Shown piece after piece: positions 26,056 to 40,228 of a stretch of 64,000 nucleotides of DNA (within the stretch, counting starts at the first letter, position 1; the number at the start of each line of letters is the position of its first letter). The position numbers and the translations under genes were made by a program. Source of the stretch: Octopus vulgaris (lineage: Eukaryota). Below the pieces are notes generated by a model, which saw only the letters and a program-made list of their open reading frames with translations, was not told where the DNA came from and made no database searches. The stretch covers positions 54,808,001-54,872,000 of the forward strand of contig OX597831.1 in the NCBI GenBank assembly GCA_951406725.2, in the 5' to 3' direction.

Positions 26056-26060
<5 letters not shown>
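25806..26060 (+). repeat. Three copies of a ~46-bp unit separated by (TA)n, plus a shortened inverted copy
   Basis: 'tacctgtacgtcataaatacatgtacatcatctccaaaccttcaaa' three times; 'ttgaaggtatatatttatgacgta' at 25881-25904. Confidence 0.85.
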
Positions 26061-26116
<56 letters not shown>

Positions 26117-26769
26117 GACGGGCTTCTTTCAGTTTCCGTCTACCAAATCCACTCACAAGGCTTTGGTTGGCCCAAGGCTATAGTAGAAGGCACTTGCCCA
26201 AGATATCACGCAGTGGAACTGAACCCGGAACCATGTTGTTGGTAAGCAAGCTACTTACCACACAGCCACTCTTGCGCCTATATCATAGGTCTGGTCAATC
26301 AAATGCGACCTGTGGCTAAACAGCAACTACAATAACAGCAACAACGATGACATCATCAACAATATCAACACCAACGATCACGACGACGACGACGGCAGCA
26401 GTAACTACACCAGAACGTCCTTTCATTTCACGTAGTGTTCTCGCTCAGTGCTGTACCTGAGTGAACCATCCCACCTCTTTGAACCCTCCCCCGAACAAAA
26501 GCCGCACAAAAAACTTTAGTTATGGTACGTTTTGTATGAATGAAACTTTTAAATCGCATTTTCCATATGACACAGAATATAACACAGGCATAAATATTCA
26601 ATAAAATTAAAAGTACACTTTTAAATTACAATATACAATGCTTACATGCGCACAGACTTAATGTATTTACATAATTTCAAGTGGTTAAAATAAAAAAAAT
26701 TCTTTAAGATAACAGCAAAATTTGAAGTAAAGAACGCATGAGTGTATGTATGCATTTTGCATGCATTAT

Positions 26770-27165
26770 AGGCACAGGCGTGGCTGTAAGGTAAGTAGCT
26801 TGCTTACGAACCACATGGTTCCAGGTTCAGTCCCACTGCGTGGCATCTTGAGCAAGTGTTTTCTACTATAGCCTTGGGCCGTCCAAAGCCTTGTGAGTGG
26901 ATTTGGTAGACGGAAACTAAAAGAAGCCCGTCGTATATATATGTATGTATATGTTTGTGTGTCTGTGTTTGTCCCCCCAACATCGCTTGACAACCGATTC
27001 TGGTGTGTTTAAATACCCGTAACTTAGCGGTTCAGCAACAGAGACAGATAGAATAAGTACTAGGCTTACAAAGAATAAGCCCTGGGGTCGATTTGTTCGA
27101 CTAAAGGCGGTGCCCCAGCATGGCCGCAGTCAAATGACTGAAACAAATAAAAGAATAAAAGAAAA
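26770..27165 (+). mobile_element. tRNA-SINE family B, full length
   Basis: A/B boxes 'tggctgtaagg' and 'ggttcagtcc'; CORE-like 'atcttgagcaagtgttttct'. Confidence 0.9.
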
Positions 27166-27174
27166 AAGAAAAAT

Positions 27175-27240
<66 letters not shown>

Positions 27241-27719
27241 CGGGGGTTTACACGTATATGTGTTTGTGTGTTTTCTTTTTCTCTTTAATTTAGAGTTTTG
27301 ACAAGTCACCTGCGAAGTTGTGAAGGAAAGCATCTTATTTTGTTCATCATCCTTTAAATCTTATTGTCCCTGATGCCGTGATCAGTTGTAGCGTATGAGC
27401 CAGAGGGTTACATCCTCTCCCCCAAGAATCCAACTTCAGTCATACTTTACTCTAGGCCGGTTGTTGCATATCCTGTTCCTCCAATAACACTAACACAGCT
27501 TTTGTTTTTGGGTAGCAGTTGTTATTTCTTATTTGCTTACCCTTAAAAAGTATGAAAAATGGCTAATATTTCCTTCAAACTTTGCTTTTGTTACACTTAT
27601 TCAAATCCCAGAGAAACCCTCTCAACACATGGCTATGATGCTCCCCCACTACTCCAGCAAGTGATCAGAGATCCACATATTGTCAGCCACCAATATGTCA
27701 GCCACCAATATTTTAATAA

Positions 27720-30120
27720 AAAAAAAAGATGTGCTGTCTGAAATAAGAACACACTCTAGAAGTCTTATGGCATAAATGGCTTGACTATACGAAAGCGTCC
27801 AACTGAAGGTTGCTAAAGTAACTGCACTTGACAAAAGTACCTGCTACCTTAGTCACTACCATTGAGAGGTTCACAAAGATCTGGGCAATAATCCTCACAC
27901 TTACAACTGAGTTCGAAACGATTATCTCTGATGTTATAGATATTTCAAAGGGAATATTCCAAGGAGATAGCTTTTCTGTACTTCTTTTTATATTGACATT
28001 AAATCCGTTAAAATTTCTTTTGCAAAAATTCATTAGCTACATACTAGGGTTTGCAACTGATAAGAAACATTAATGCTGCCCATAGGTTCTTCGCGGATGA
28101 ATGAAGATCTATACAAAGATGTTTACAATGCATCCGCCCCCAAATACGCCTCGAGTTAATAACATTTCCAGCTGATATAACTGTGGAATTTAACAAGAAG
28201 TGTCCATATTTGACTGATAAATCGTGAAAAATCAGTCCTACAGACCCAGAACTTGTGTTTCAACGGTCTCTATATCTCACCTGTTCTACACAAAAAATGC
28301 TACAAATACTTAGGCTTTGATGAAAATATATCATACGAAGGTGCTGTGAATAAAGGTAGAGTAACCCAAAAATATTATACTAGACTTTGAAAAATATGGC
28401 AGTCGGACAATATCCCACAATGCATTTGCAGTACCAGTGCTGCAACATTTGGGATTGGTCTGTAGACGAAATCCGCTCCATAGAAATTAAAAACTGCAAG
28501 ATCTTTATATCATCTGGAAACTTCCACAGAAATAGTGATATCGATAACTTCTACCCGAGACTAAGAGATAAAGGAGGTAGAGGCGTGAGATCAGGGAAGA
28601 CAAAATTTGAATGCTGTATAGTATCCCTCAGATAGCACCTGCTAAACAACAGCAGCGAGCATAAATATAAAACTAGTGCTAAAAAGCGAAGAGAACATCA
28701 TTTGAGTCGGCAGTGAGCATCTCAAAAACTACTCTCTTCCTGACGTCCAACTTTACAATCCCAAAACTGCTGAACTAATATACCTCTAAAACGATGTGGG
28801 TGTGAAAAAGCATATAAAAACTATGCATGGCTATGTTTCCCGAAGACTTGAAAATGTTACTAATATCTTTTTCTTCTCTAGGCACAAGGCCCGAAATTTT
28901 GGGGGATGATGATGATGATGATAAGGCGGTGAGCTAGCAGAAGCGTTAGCACGCCGGGCACACAAATGGTTCTTAATTTATCGACCTCGAATGGATGAGA
29001 GGCAAAGTCGACCTCAGCGGAATTTGAACTCAGAACGTAAAGACAGACGAAATACCTATTTTTTTACTACCACAAGGGGCTAAACACAGAGAGGAAAAAC
29101 AAGGACAGACAAACGGATTAAGTCGATTATATCGATCCCAGTGCGTAACTGGTACTTATTTAATCGACCCCGAAAGGATGAAAGGCAAAGTCAACCTCGG
29201 CGGAATTTGAACTCAGAACGTAGCGGCAGACGAAATACCGCAAAGTATTTCGCCTGGCGTGCTAACGTTTCGGCCAGCTCGCAGCCTTAAAAATGATACT
29301 AATATCGACATAAAGTATTGCTTCTTTGGTATCACATCACACTTCGAAGTTTATGCACTCCAAGAGCAGGCGTTTGCTACGAAATTCCTGATAAACAAAA
29401 GAGGCTGAGAAGTCCTTGGAGCCCCAAGATGCAACCAAAACAAAAATGTCGATTATGTCACATTTCTATTGAAAACATCACACATGGGATCAGTAGCTGC
29501 CCCAAAATTTCATCAAGTTATTACCTCCCAATACGACGATGTTTCACTATAACAATATACGAAGCCCTCCGGAAAAAGACTGCTTTCTAAATGTAGAGAA
29601 TCCGCTTGCTGTTCAATACATATGTCAGCATCAATAAAAAGGATATTAATGGAACATTCCCATCAAAACATCTGTCGAATGCAAACATAACATGCCTGAT
29701 ATAGTTTGGGATGGACAAGTAAAAACGTGTACCGTCATAAAGGTCAGCTGCCCAGCTGATGTTAATATTTTTTCAAAAATCAAAGAGTAAGAAGGGAACT
29801 ACGGACCACTACTTCGAAACCTTCTGTTTCTATAACTATATTATAAATTCACATTTCCAGTAATAATAATAGGGGCACTTGGTTTTGTGAGTAAATGTCT
29901 ATTTGACAATCTGAAACAGCTAGGGTTTTCAGAAAAAGAAATCAGCCAGTAAACACGCATATTACAAATACCTGTAAGCATAACGCTAAAAATATGCAAG
30001 ATTTTTCTCAAGTCCAACATGTAACATATTTTTTATCTACATTCCAACGTTGGAGCTTTGTATCTCTGTTAGAAATCAGCTCTTTCCTTACAGAAAGACT
30101 TCAAATAATTAAAAATTAAA
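27720..30120 (+). pseudogene. Decayed R4/Dong-like LINE (RT, CCHC knuckle, REL endonuclease)
   Basis: KGIFQGDSFSVLLF, YKYLG, GGRG, CRLCH..ENITHGISSCP, PDIVWD..VSCPAD and IIIGALG motifs. Confidence 0.85.
28868..29290 (-). mobile_element. Composite Deu/Nin SINE inserted in the LINE with ~17-bp TSD
   Basis: 'aaaatgttactaatatc' (28851-28867) and 'aaaatgatactaatatc' (29291-29307). Confidence 0.85.
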
Positions 30121-30126
30121 GTGACA

Positions 30127-30159
<33 letters not shown>

Positions 30160-30161
<2 letters not shown>

Positions 30162-30508
30162 ATGAAAAGGAACACACGAGTTGATATAAATGAAAAAACG
30201 AGTCAGGATAGAAAATGCTAAAATAATTTTATAAAGAACATTTCAGTACCGGTTTCAGTCATTGAGACCTTTCCAACTGTAACAATTAAATAATTAAATA
30301 ATGTTTACTCAAGAGTAAACAAGAGAGACAGAGAAAGGCAGAAACAAGGAAAATGCCACTTATATTTGAACACTATACAAATATTCTTTTAAAAAAACTT
30401 TTCTTTTAATTTTTCTAATTGTTACTGTTGAAAAGGTCTCAATGACTGAAACCGGTACTGAAATGTTCTTTATAAAATTATTTTAGCATTTTCTATCCTG
30501 ACTCGTTT

Positions 30509-30514
<6 letters not shown>
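30160..30514. mobile_element. Fold-back pLTR-like element in (TA)n with an HHR in each arm
   Basis: About 30190-30290 is inverted at about 30415-30514. Confidence 0.75.
30425..30460 (+). ncRNA. Minimal hammerhead, U3-A8 core variant (second copy at 30244-30279, minus)
   Basis: c(a/t)g-TTGAAAA-ggtc tcaat gact-GAAA-ccgg-TA-ctg. Confidence 0.65.
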
Positions 30515-30568
<54 letters not shown>

Positions 30569-31427
30569 TTAATACAAGTCAAAGTCATTCCTCTAGAGTT
30601 TCTGCCAATAGCAGACCTAAGTCTTATTGCCACTCTTTCTCACTCTTCTCAGTTAGCGCTTCCTCTGTGAACTCAGGCCACAACTGGTTTAGTATAGAAT
30701 TAAATATTGGGGTTACTTCCATTCACTTGTTTTATCAGGTTTGATAATCTTAGTGTTGTCCGTCTCCTTAAAATGATCAAATGGTTAGTTGGCAGAGTCG
30801 TTAGGGCATCGGGTAGAATGCCTTGTATTATAAATTTCTGTTCTATAGGTTTTGAGTTCAAGCCTCGCAGAGGTCATCTCTTCCGTCCTTTTCGAGTCGA
30901 TTAAGGGGGCACCTGTCTTCAACTGGTGTCGATTTCCCCTACGCCTTTTTTCTCTCTCTGTTTTTCTTTGTTTCCTGAAGAAATCGACTATGTTCAGATC
31001 TGCGTATGAAAAGTCACTGGCAGTTTTTAAAATGCCCAAGACACGCTATGACAGTACCCAATGACATGTACAGTACCCATGACAGTACGCAACGTCTCCA
31101 TCAGCAGTCCAATATCCACCCCAAAATCAGATTAAGCTCTAGGGTCAAAGTAGGGATCATTCTACCTTATTTCTTGACACAATACATTTGGGACCACGCA
31201 ATCTAACGAGAGTCCTTTCCTATTTTTAAGATGGTAAAAGCCTGTCATTTGAGAGCGGTTTAGCTACTGATTCTGGCAAGTTGATAATCTAATTCAATGG
31301 TGGAAGGACCATTTGAATTGTTGGGTGTGGTGAGAAGGAAGGTTCGCTCGGATCGACACTTTTAGTGAAGGGGGCCAACTGTTTGGAGCCTGGCTTTGAT
31401 GGGGTGCGGGGTAGGCTAGAAATCCAA

Positions 31428-31520
31428 GGGTGGTGGTGGTGGTGGTGGTGGTGGTGATGATGGTGGTGGTTGTGGTGATGATGGTGATGGTGATGGTGAT
31501 GATGATGGTGATGGTGATGG

Positions 31521-31566
<46 letters not shown>
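31428..31566. repeat. (GGT)n/(GAT)n microsatellite
   Basis: Read directly. Confidence 0.95.
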
Positions 31567-31567
31567 A

Positions 31568-31790
31568 AGGCGGTGAGCTAGCAGAAGCGTTAGCACGCCG
31601 GGCAAAATGCTTTGTGGCATTTCGTCCTTCCTTACGTTCTAGTTCAAATTCCAACGAGGTCGACTTTACCTTTCATCCTTTCTGGGTCGTTAAAACAAGT
31701 ACCAGTCACTCACTGGGGTCGATGTAAACGCCTAGCCCCCACCCCCTAAAATTTCAGGCCTTGTGCTTATAATAGAAATGATTATTATCG
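31568..31790 (+). mobile_element. Deu/Nin SINE
   Basis: Family A head and core. Confidence 0.85.
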
Positions 31791-32453
31791 TTATTACTAT
31801 TGGGAAATTCTACGGAATGGAAAAAATTAAGAAGACCTATTTAAGAAACAAAGGATGATTTGCATTTTGATAGCATTCATATCTCAGCTTTCTTTAAACA
31901 TTCTTGACGTTCGTCTATATTCATTTCCTCATGTCTCTATTGGTGTTGCCTTTTTCTTCTTTTTATTATATTTTCTCGTTGTTCCTCTCTCATCCATGCT
32001 CTAGATCTGCGCATCCTTTTTCGGGCAACTTGCAAACGTGATTCTTGTGAATCCAGACTTTAGGTTAAATTAACCCTTATAAACAAATGTCAATTTTTGA
32101 AGTGAGCAGATGATAAATAATTGCTCTTATGAGTATGCTATGGTCGCTGTGAAAAAACAATTAGTTCAATAAAAAAAAGATACTTTTTACTATCAACACT
32201 CCATCACCGCTATCTTCCTCCCTCTCTCTCTTCTCCTTCTCTCTCTCTCTCTCTCTCTCTTAATATAACTGCCTCCTCTGTCCATCCCTCTCTACTTTTC
32301 CCTTCAGCTAATCACCTTTCTTCACTTCTTCCTCTCTTCTATCTTCACTCCTCCTTCCCTCTCTCTGTCTCATTCTTACTCCACCTCCATCTCTCTAACT
32401 AACTAATGTATAACGGGCGAACGAACGAGCAGATTATTATATGCATATTTGTA

Positions 32454-32710
32454 AAGGTGGTGAGCTGGTAGAAACGTTAGCACGCCGGGGAAATGCTTAG
32501 CGGCATTTCGTCCGTCTTTACGTTCTGAGTTCAAATTCCGCCGAGGTTAACTTCGCCTTTCATCCTTCCGGGTTCGATGAAATATGCACCAGTTAGCACT
32601 TGAGTTCGATGAAATAAGTACCAGTTGAGCACTGGGATCGATATATTCAACTGCCCTCCTCCCCCAAAATTTCAGGCCTTGTGGCTATAAAAGAAAGGAT
32701 TATTACTATA
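32454..32710 (+). mobile_element. Deu/Nin SINE
   Basis: Family A head and core with a short internal duplication. Confidence 0.85.
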
Positions 32711-33433
32711 TTTGTATATCAATCAAATCAAATAAACCCAATAATGGAAAAGTAATGTTTCAAATCACGCCAAAAATGTTTCTACGTTCGTTCGTTTTGG
32801 CGATGAAGTTTTTCAGGAGGATGTTCAGAGCGTTTTCATTGCCCACCTCCACCAAAGTTTAGTGGGTACGTTTGAACCCCTGAACGTCTTGCACCCCCTC
32901 TTTATGGACTTATAACTGGGCCGGTGTCATCAACTTCCACGCTCCTCAAAATTGCTAGCATTGTGCCAGAATAAGAAAGGGTTATTTTATTCCTATAATT
33001 TTAAGTTTAACATAAAAATACTCTATCATTTAAAATATTTTGTCTGAGACACAGATGTGAAACCACTGTGTGTCCAAGTGCACTTATGTCTTTGTTCGCT
33101 AAATTACCATAAAAATATATTCTATTGGCTGAAGCATGGGATTTGTTTTGCTGCTCAGTGACATATTTTCAAAGCTAGTCAACAAATTTACTTACAATTT
33201 TCCCACGATTACATTATAATAAAAACGAACAGTTGTAACATTTTCCATATACAAGCGTACAAAGGCATTATTCAATTAACGATGAAGCTATGTTAACGGG
33301 TAAGTAAAGACGTGTTGGTCCGAAACAAATGATCGATTATCACTCGTTTGAGCACGCTTCACATTTCACTTTGCTATCTTAGAAATAGGTCGCATATGGT
33401 TGTGTATTCCGAGATACATTTATATATGAAAAG

Positions 33434-33847
33434 GGATCTTTTCGGTTTGAACGGCAGTTTTTAACATAATTTCTAGTTATCTAAAAAATTTTAAACTTCG
33501 TATACTGGTAGAATGTGTTTATAAAACATCTTTTTCTCTTGGCTTTATCGAGAAAATTCTATAGTTTGTAAGATATTTGTTGTTTTTTTTCTTCATTTTC
33601 TGCAATTTCAACCAATCAGTGACGTCTATTGAGGTAAAAAAAACAACATTTTGTGCCGTATGAATATGTCCCTCGTTTAAGAAACAGATTTAGTTTATTT
33701 ACATTTGTGAAGAAAAAAAGATACCCTAACTAACCCTAACCCTAAAACAGATTGAAATGCAATAGATCGATTCTAGAGTCATAATTATGGGTGGCAATTT
33801 CATATGACACCGCTATAAAAAAACTGCCGTTCAAACCGAAAAGATCT
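33434..33847. mobile_element. MITE with ~29-bp TIRs and 9-bp TSD (Merlin/MULE-like)
   Basis: TIR 'ggatcttttcggtttgaacggcagttttt'; TSD 'tatgaaaag' at 33425-33433 and 33848-33856; internal (CCCTAA)-like repeats. Confidence 0.85.
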
Positions 33848-34244
33848 TATGAAAAGAAGACAGGTTTATCATAACAGGAAAACCTTGTACTGGCTGCTAT
33901 TTCTAGCGAACCAAGCAACTAAGTAATCATAGTATATACACGCACACGTATACACACACACACGTATGAGTGTGCGCGCGCACACGCATATATATATGCT
34001 GACAAATACGTGCATAGTAGTAAAACAGGTATTAAAATTCCAACTGTGTTCTTACGAAGCACATCTGCCAATCCCGGCTATCAGATGTATATTTGTAGTT
34101 GGTTTATCTTTAAGAAAACTATTCAAGTTGAAATTCCTAGTCTAGTCTGTCAGTCGCAGAGTATGGATATAGCAAAACTGAAACTGTAATTTATAGTAGT
34201 TCTAACTGTTTCAATTCAACATGAAAAATATATTTCATGAACAT

Positions 34245-34510
34245 AAATATTGGTTGCAAATTTAAACACAAGACCAGTCATTTCGGAGAACGGGACTAGT
34301 CGATTACATCTACCCAAGTGCTCAAGTGGTACTTATTTTATCGACTCTGAAAGGATGAAAAGCAAAGTCGACTTCGGCGGAATTTCAGCTCTGAACATAA
34401 AGACGGATGAACTGGTGACAATTGCCTGGCGTGCTAACGATTCCGCCAGGTCACCGCCAACGTGGACATAAAAATCGATAATAATATGAATGCAATGAAT
34501 TCATAATATA

Positions 34511-34551
<41 letters not shown>

Positions 34552-35170
34552 TATGAAGTACGCTTGTGTATTTCTTCAGATCGAGTCTCAAAATAATGGG
34601 TAAAGTTGACTTTGGCATGATTTGAACTCAGAAAGTAAAGAGCCGGAAGAAACACAGACACTGGTTCTATTTTACTTCTTTTAGTATTAGTCAATCAGTT
34701 AGGCGGCGAGCTGGCAGAAACGTTAGCACGCCGGGCGAAATGCATAGCAGTATTTCGTCTGCCGCTATGTTCTGAGTTCAAATTCCGCCTAGGTCGACTT
34801 TGCCTTTCATCGGGGTCGATAAATTAAGTACCAATTACGCACTGGGGTCGATATAATCGACTTAATCCGTTTGTCTGTCCTTGTTTGTCCTCTCTGTGTT
34901 TAGCCCCTTGTGGGTAGTAAAGAAATAGAAATAGGTATTTCGTCTGCCGTTACGTTCTGAGTTCAAATTCCACCGAGGTCGACTTTGCCTTTCATCCTTT
35001 CGGGGTCGATTAAATAAGTACCAGGTACGCACTGGGGTCGATATGATCGACTTATCCCTTCCCCAAAATTTCGGGCCTTGTGCCTAGAGTAGGAAAGAAT
35101 ATTAGTCAATCAGTTAAGGCAGCGAGTTGGCAGAATCATTAGCGCGTCTTTCTTCCGTTTGAGGTCGATA
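34245..35170. mobile_element. Deu/Nin SINE cluster (minus copy 34245-34460, tandem plus copies 34701-35170)
   Basis: Family A cores. Confidence 0.85.
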
Positions 35171-35437
35171 AAAACAATTGTTTTGGCGGGAAAGACAATA
35201 TAACAATAGACTGGTCATCATAAAAGAATAAAAAACGCAGTAGAGGAGCCAAAACCACTACGCAACCTGAAGATATGGCTGAGATAGCCTGGAGATGTTG
35301 ATCATAGAGATATATTTAGGAATTTATTTGTTCCAAACGAAATATAAGGGTCCGATATACTAATACAAGAAGACTTTGATGATTAAAGTTAAAAATGAAA
35401 CACAGCCTTGTTTTCAATAGAACATGTTTAACTCTGA

Positions 35438-35500
<63 letters not shown>

Positions 35501-35551
35501 GATAGTTGAATAGCTATAAATATGGGCTGCATAGATGTGCATACGTATCTA

Positions 35552-35623
<72 letters not shown>

Positions 35624-36397
35624 TTAGGGAATAAATCCAAATTTACAGGGAAAAATCAGATTTAGGATTGAATCCAATTTTATAGTAAAAAAAATATAAA
35701 TTATATAAATTAAATATAATTAATTATATTTAATTTATATAAAATTTTTATGTATTGGATTAAGTCTTTCTTTGTTTGATTTGCATAATAGTGGTTTTGT
35801 CTCTAATTAATATTATATATACATATATATATACATATATATAAGCCGAGTGGTTAGAAAGTTTGCTTTGCAATCAACAAGTTACGGCTTTGAACCTTCT
35901 GCTTGGCTTCTTCAGAAAGCTTCGTCATGCATTGCTAGTCAAATTGGGTTGACACTTTTGTCAAAGCTGTCGAATAGACAATGGCTATATTTCAAAGATG
36001 AAACCTTGTCACGTTGTGTGACACTGGTTCCAACTGAGTATTACGTTAAAGTACGCATGTTTTCAGAATACTCAGTCATTTACACGCTAGTTCAATAAGG
36101 TAATTTAATTATCGAACAAGCAGACGATCTTATGTCGTTCTCAGCGGGAGCATTTACCGAATAAATGTGTGTGTGTGTGTGTGTGTGTCTGTGAATGTAT
36201 GCATATATATTGTATTGTAGCGTCTAAATGTGTTGCGTGCAAGCAATGGCGCCCACACGGATTGTTCCAATATTTTAAATAAAACTTTTATTTGTTTTCC
36301 CAAAAGCTCTGTTGAATTATACTTAATTTCCCTTTTTTTTTTCAGAATTTTTAAAATTGTATACATAATTTAGGGGGAATCACATATATATACATAC

Positions 36398-36438
<41 letters not shown>

Positions 36439-36608
36439 GGGTTAATCCAAACAAGAAAACACAGAAAAAAAGAAAAAAAGAGAAAAAACACAGCAACGCA
36501 GGACGTGGAACAACTAAAGTATTATTGACGCTCAGGAAAATATATAAGTAATGAGGGAGATAAATTGAATATTAATTTAATTAATATCAATTTAAAACCA
36601 GTAGCCTA

Positions 36609-36646
<38 letters not shown>

Positions 36647-36660
36647 TCATATTTACATAC

Positions 36661-36693
<33 letters not shown>

Positions 36694-36723
36694 TGTATGT
36701 ATGTATGTATGGTAAAAGATTAC

Positions 36724-36996
36724 AGACCTCCATCGGTCATGAATGACCATGGGATTGCACCTAGAAAGTTACCACCCGAAGCACAAGTCCGGGTAAGGTT
36801 ATTTATGGAAGACCAGCAGTTGCCCATGTATACCAGCCTCCCCTCTCCACACCACCAATGTTATCCAAGGGAAAGGCAAAGGCCAAAGCAGCTTGGCACC
36901 AGTAACGTCACGACTCGTTTCTGCAGCTAAATGAACTGAAGCAACGTGAAATAAAGTGTCTTGCTCAACACGCAGCCCGGTCTGGGAATCGAACTC
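36724..36996 (-). mobile_element. SINE family C, 5'-truncated, in (ATGT)n
   Basis: Homologous to 6143-6470. Confidence 0.8.
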
Positions 36997-37204
36997 ATGC
37001 ATATTTATGTATGTATGCATGTATGTATGTATGTATGTATGTATGTATGTATGTATGTATGTATGTATGTATGTTCGTACGTACGTACGTACGTATGTAT
37101 GTATGTATGTATGTATGTATGTATGTATGTATGTACGTTCGTTGGGTTGAAAATTGTTTTGGGATAGAAAAGGTCGAAGGATGACTCCGACTTGTCTATA
37201 CATT

Positions 37205-37261
<57 letters not shown>

Positions 37262-37948
37262 CACATAAGTATACACACACACAAACAGACAAATACATAC
37301 GTGCATGCGTGCGCTTACACATTTTGTCACTTTTTCGGACCTTCTAAAATTCCTTTCTTTCCCACTAGTTCTCGGTAAGTCCCTTATTTTCCCTTGCAGT
37401 CGAAAGACTACAATATATATTCACAACATTTTATTGATTTGGTATTTTACACGTATCAGTCGTATTTCATCGCAGTCGTATTTTGTTGTCTTCTTTATTC
37501 TTGCCCATTTCTTTGTGATGTCCACCACTTCAGTGATATTTGCTATCACTGGTAGGGCTAAAGAAGCACTACTATGGAATTCAAAAACTGTAACTGCACC
37601 GACACTGCGCTGATTCTGGTGTCCATGGCTGACAAGAAGTGTGCTCTGTTTTATTGTCCTTTTCTGTAATTCGTTTCCATGTTTCATTTCGATTTTCTCT
37701 AACGCACACGCACACACACATACAGTCGTGTGTGTGTGTGTGTGTGTGTGTGTCTGTGTGTATTAATGTTTACTTTTTAGTCTAGCTACAACAAAAACTA
37801 TTTGATATCAAGCTGACAAATTACACAGTACTGTTTTTGTAGAGTACATATTTATTATATATTTACCAGAAGAGATGTAGTCGGACTACGAAGACTTGAA
37901 GTCAGAAACTTCGAAGTTTCTGACTTCTTGTAAAACTTCTTGTAAAAC

Positions 37949-38004
<56 letters not shown>

Positions 38005-39687
38005 ACACACGCACACACACACACACACACACGTGCGCATATAAAGAAAAGACATTTTTCAGTATGATATATAATACTTCAAAACTTATACAACGCTTTC
38101 ATTTTGGCCAGTGTTATGTCTATCCATTTATTTATTTTCTCTTTTGTCGAGGTATTTTGCATTCCAGGTGTTCGGTTATTTCAGATTAGATTCTTACATA
38201 ATATTCAGGAAACGTCACACTCCGACGTAAACAACACTTTTTGTGAAACAACGGTAACAATGGGCTTCACTGCTTATTAAATTTACCCTCTTCTCACAGT
38301 ATCATTACAGTATCAGAGTCAAATAAAGAATGAACAATAGCAGAAAAGGAAACAACGAGAGCATTGGTGTATTTTCTTCGTTTATTGAAGTAAGTCGTGC
38401 GTGGTTGATTTAGAAAGAATATCCTTAATCTCTTTCATCATAAGGATTTCACAATTTCTTGTTTCCTCTTCCCATGAACATGAACCTCGTGCTATCACCA
38501 ACAATTGCCATTGTAAACTTGATGATACAATACCAGCAGATTTTGAGCATCGAGGTGAATAGAAATGTCATGTAATCGAGTTGGATTTGTTTTGTAAGGA
38601 TAATCAGTTCTACTGAGGCTGTCGCCGTAGATCTATCCCAGTGCTATACCTTATCGTGTTGAGCACAATGGGATTGGAAATCAGAGCGGTGCCACGGTAT
38701 GATAACGGTCCATTATTTCTTCGTTTTATGGTATCTGTTATCGTTGTTCAGAGAGTGGGATTGAGAGTGTGAAAGGTCTTTCTTCACTTTAAAAAGCATC
38801 ATGCACAGACATCATTTGACATAACAGCATCGTCATCCTGTAAAAGAATATAAAAGATTTGGAATTAAATGTTCTTCCTGAAATTGTTTGTCACTAATAT
38901 ACGTGTGTTGGTGATGAATTACCTGTAGTACCTTCATTAAAGTTAACACTAAATCAATTCTAGTCATAGTATTATCAAAGTTTACCTGTTCTTTTGTAGT
39001 TTAAAGATGTGTCGAAGTATTTTTTACCCGCTCAGACCTGCGCCCTTGTGTCTAACTTTACCCTCCACCTGGGCTCTCGAGTAAAAATTAAATAGTTGCA
39101 TATACAGTTCAAGAGTAACGATTGCACGCAAACTAATGGAAAGAAACTTCTTGTTTTTCTATGGGTGCTGTTTATCACTGTTTCACAGTGAAACCAGCAG
39201 AGATGACGTTTAACCTATTTCCGCGTGACAGGGTTAATGTTGAAATCAGAGGAAGAAAGCTAGCACTTATGATCATGACCATTTTCCGGTCGTCCATGGT
39301 TAATGGGGAAAAAAAGGAGCGTTATATTGTCACCGGCAACTTGGCCCAAATGCTTAAGAAAGAGATCTGGTGGCGCTATTCAACAGCACTCATTAACTAG
39401 CAACAGTCAAAAGGTCAATCGGATTTAGTTGAAAAAAATGATATTATTATCCTGGTTTCTCGCATGAACAAAGAAAATGTGTATAGGTTAATATATCGGC
39501 TTAACAATTATCAGGCTTTCATTTATATTTATGTCCACCTTTTCCTTGAGCTTTTACCAATAAAACCCACCTGATTCATTTTGAAGCACGTTTTCAAAAG
39601 CAAACCAGGAAGTATAGCTACGATCTGATCATATTTCGGACAGAAATAAATTCAAATGCCCGTGTCTCTTGCGATGAGAATATATGT

Positions 39688-39694
39688 ATTCATT

Positions 39695-39757
<63 letters not shown>

Positions 39758-40173
39758 ACATATTTACATATATACATGCATACACACATACAGACACACA
39801 TACATACATACATACATACATACATACATACATACATACATACATACATACATACATACATACATACATACATGCATGCATGCATGCATGCATACATTCA
39901 TACATATATACATATATACATGCATGCTTGCATGCATACATACATACATACATACATACGTACATACATACATACTTACATACGTACGTACATACATACA
40001 TACATACATACATGCATGCATGCATGCATACATACATACATACATACATACATACATACATACATACATACATACATACATACGTACGTACGTACGTACG
40101 TACATACAGAGGAAGATGATAGTATAAATTGTACTCCCCACCTACAGACAAACTCAGATAGATAGATAGATAT

Positions 40174-40228
<55 letters not shown>

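Larger units (their letters stand above)
25150..26282 (-). mobile_element. SINE family B split at its internal (TA)n by later insertions
   Basis: 3' half at 25150-25380 and 5' half at 26115-26282. Confidence 0.8.

Noticed and set aside
35263-35300. caac-CTGAAGA..ggct/agcc..gttg
   Set aside because: GAAA and stem III are missing.
35701-35742. 42-bp pure-AT perfect palindrome
   Set aside because: It is real, but low complexity and probably a fold-back junction of a repeat end; no function can be supported.
37305-39650. Possible host exons or transposase fragments in less repetitive DNA
   Set aside because: No recognisable protein motif or consistent splice structure.
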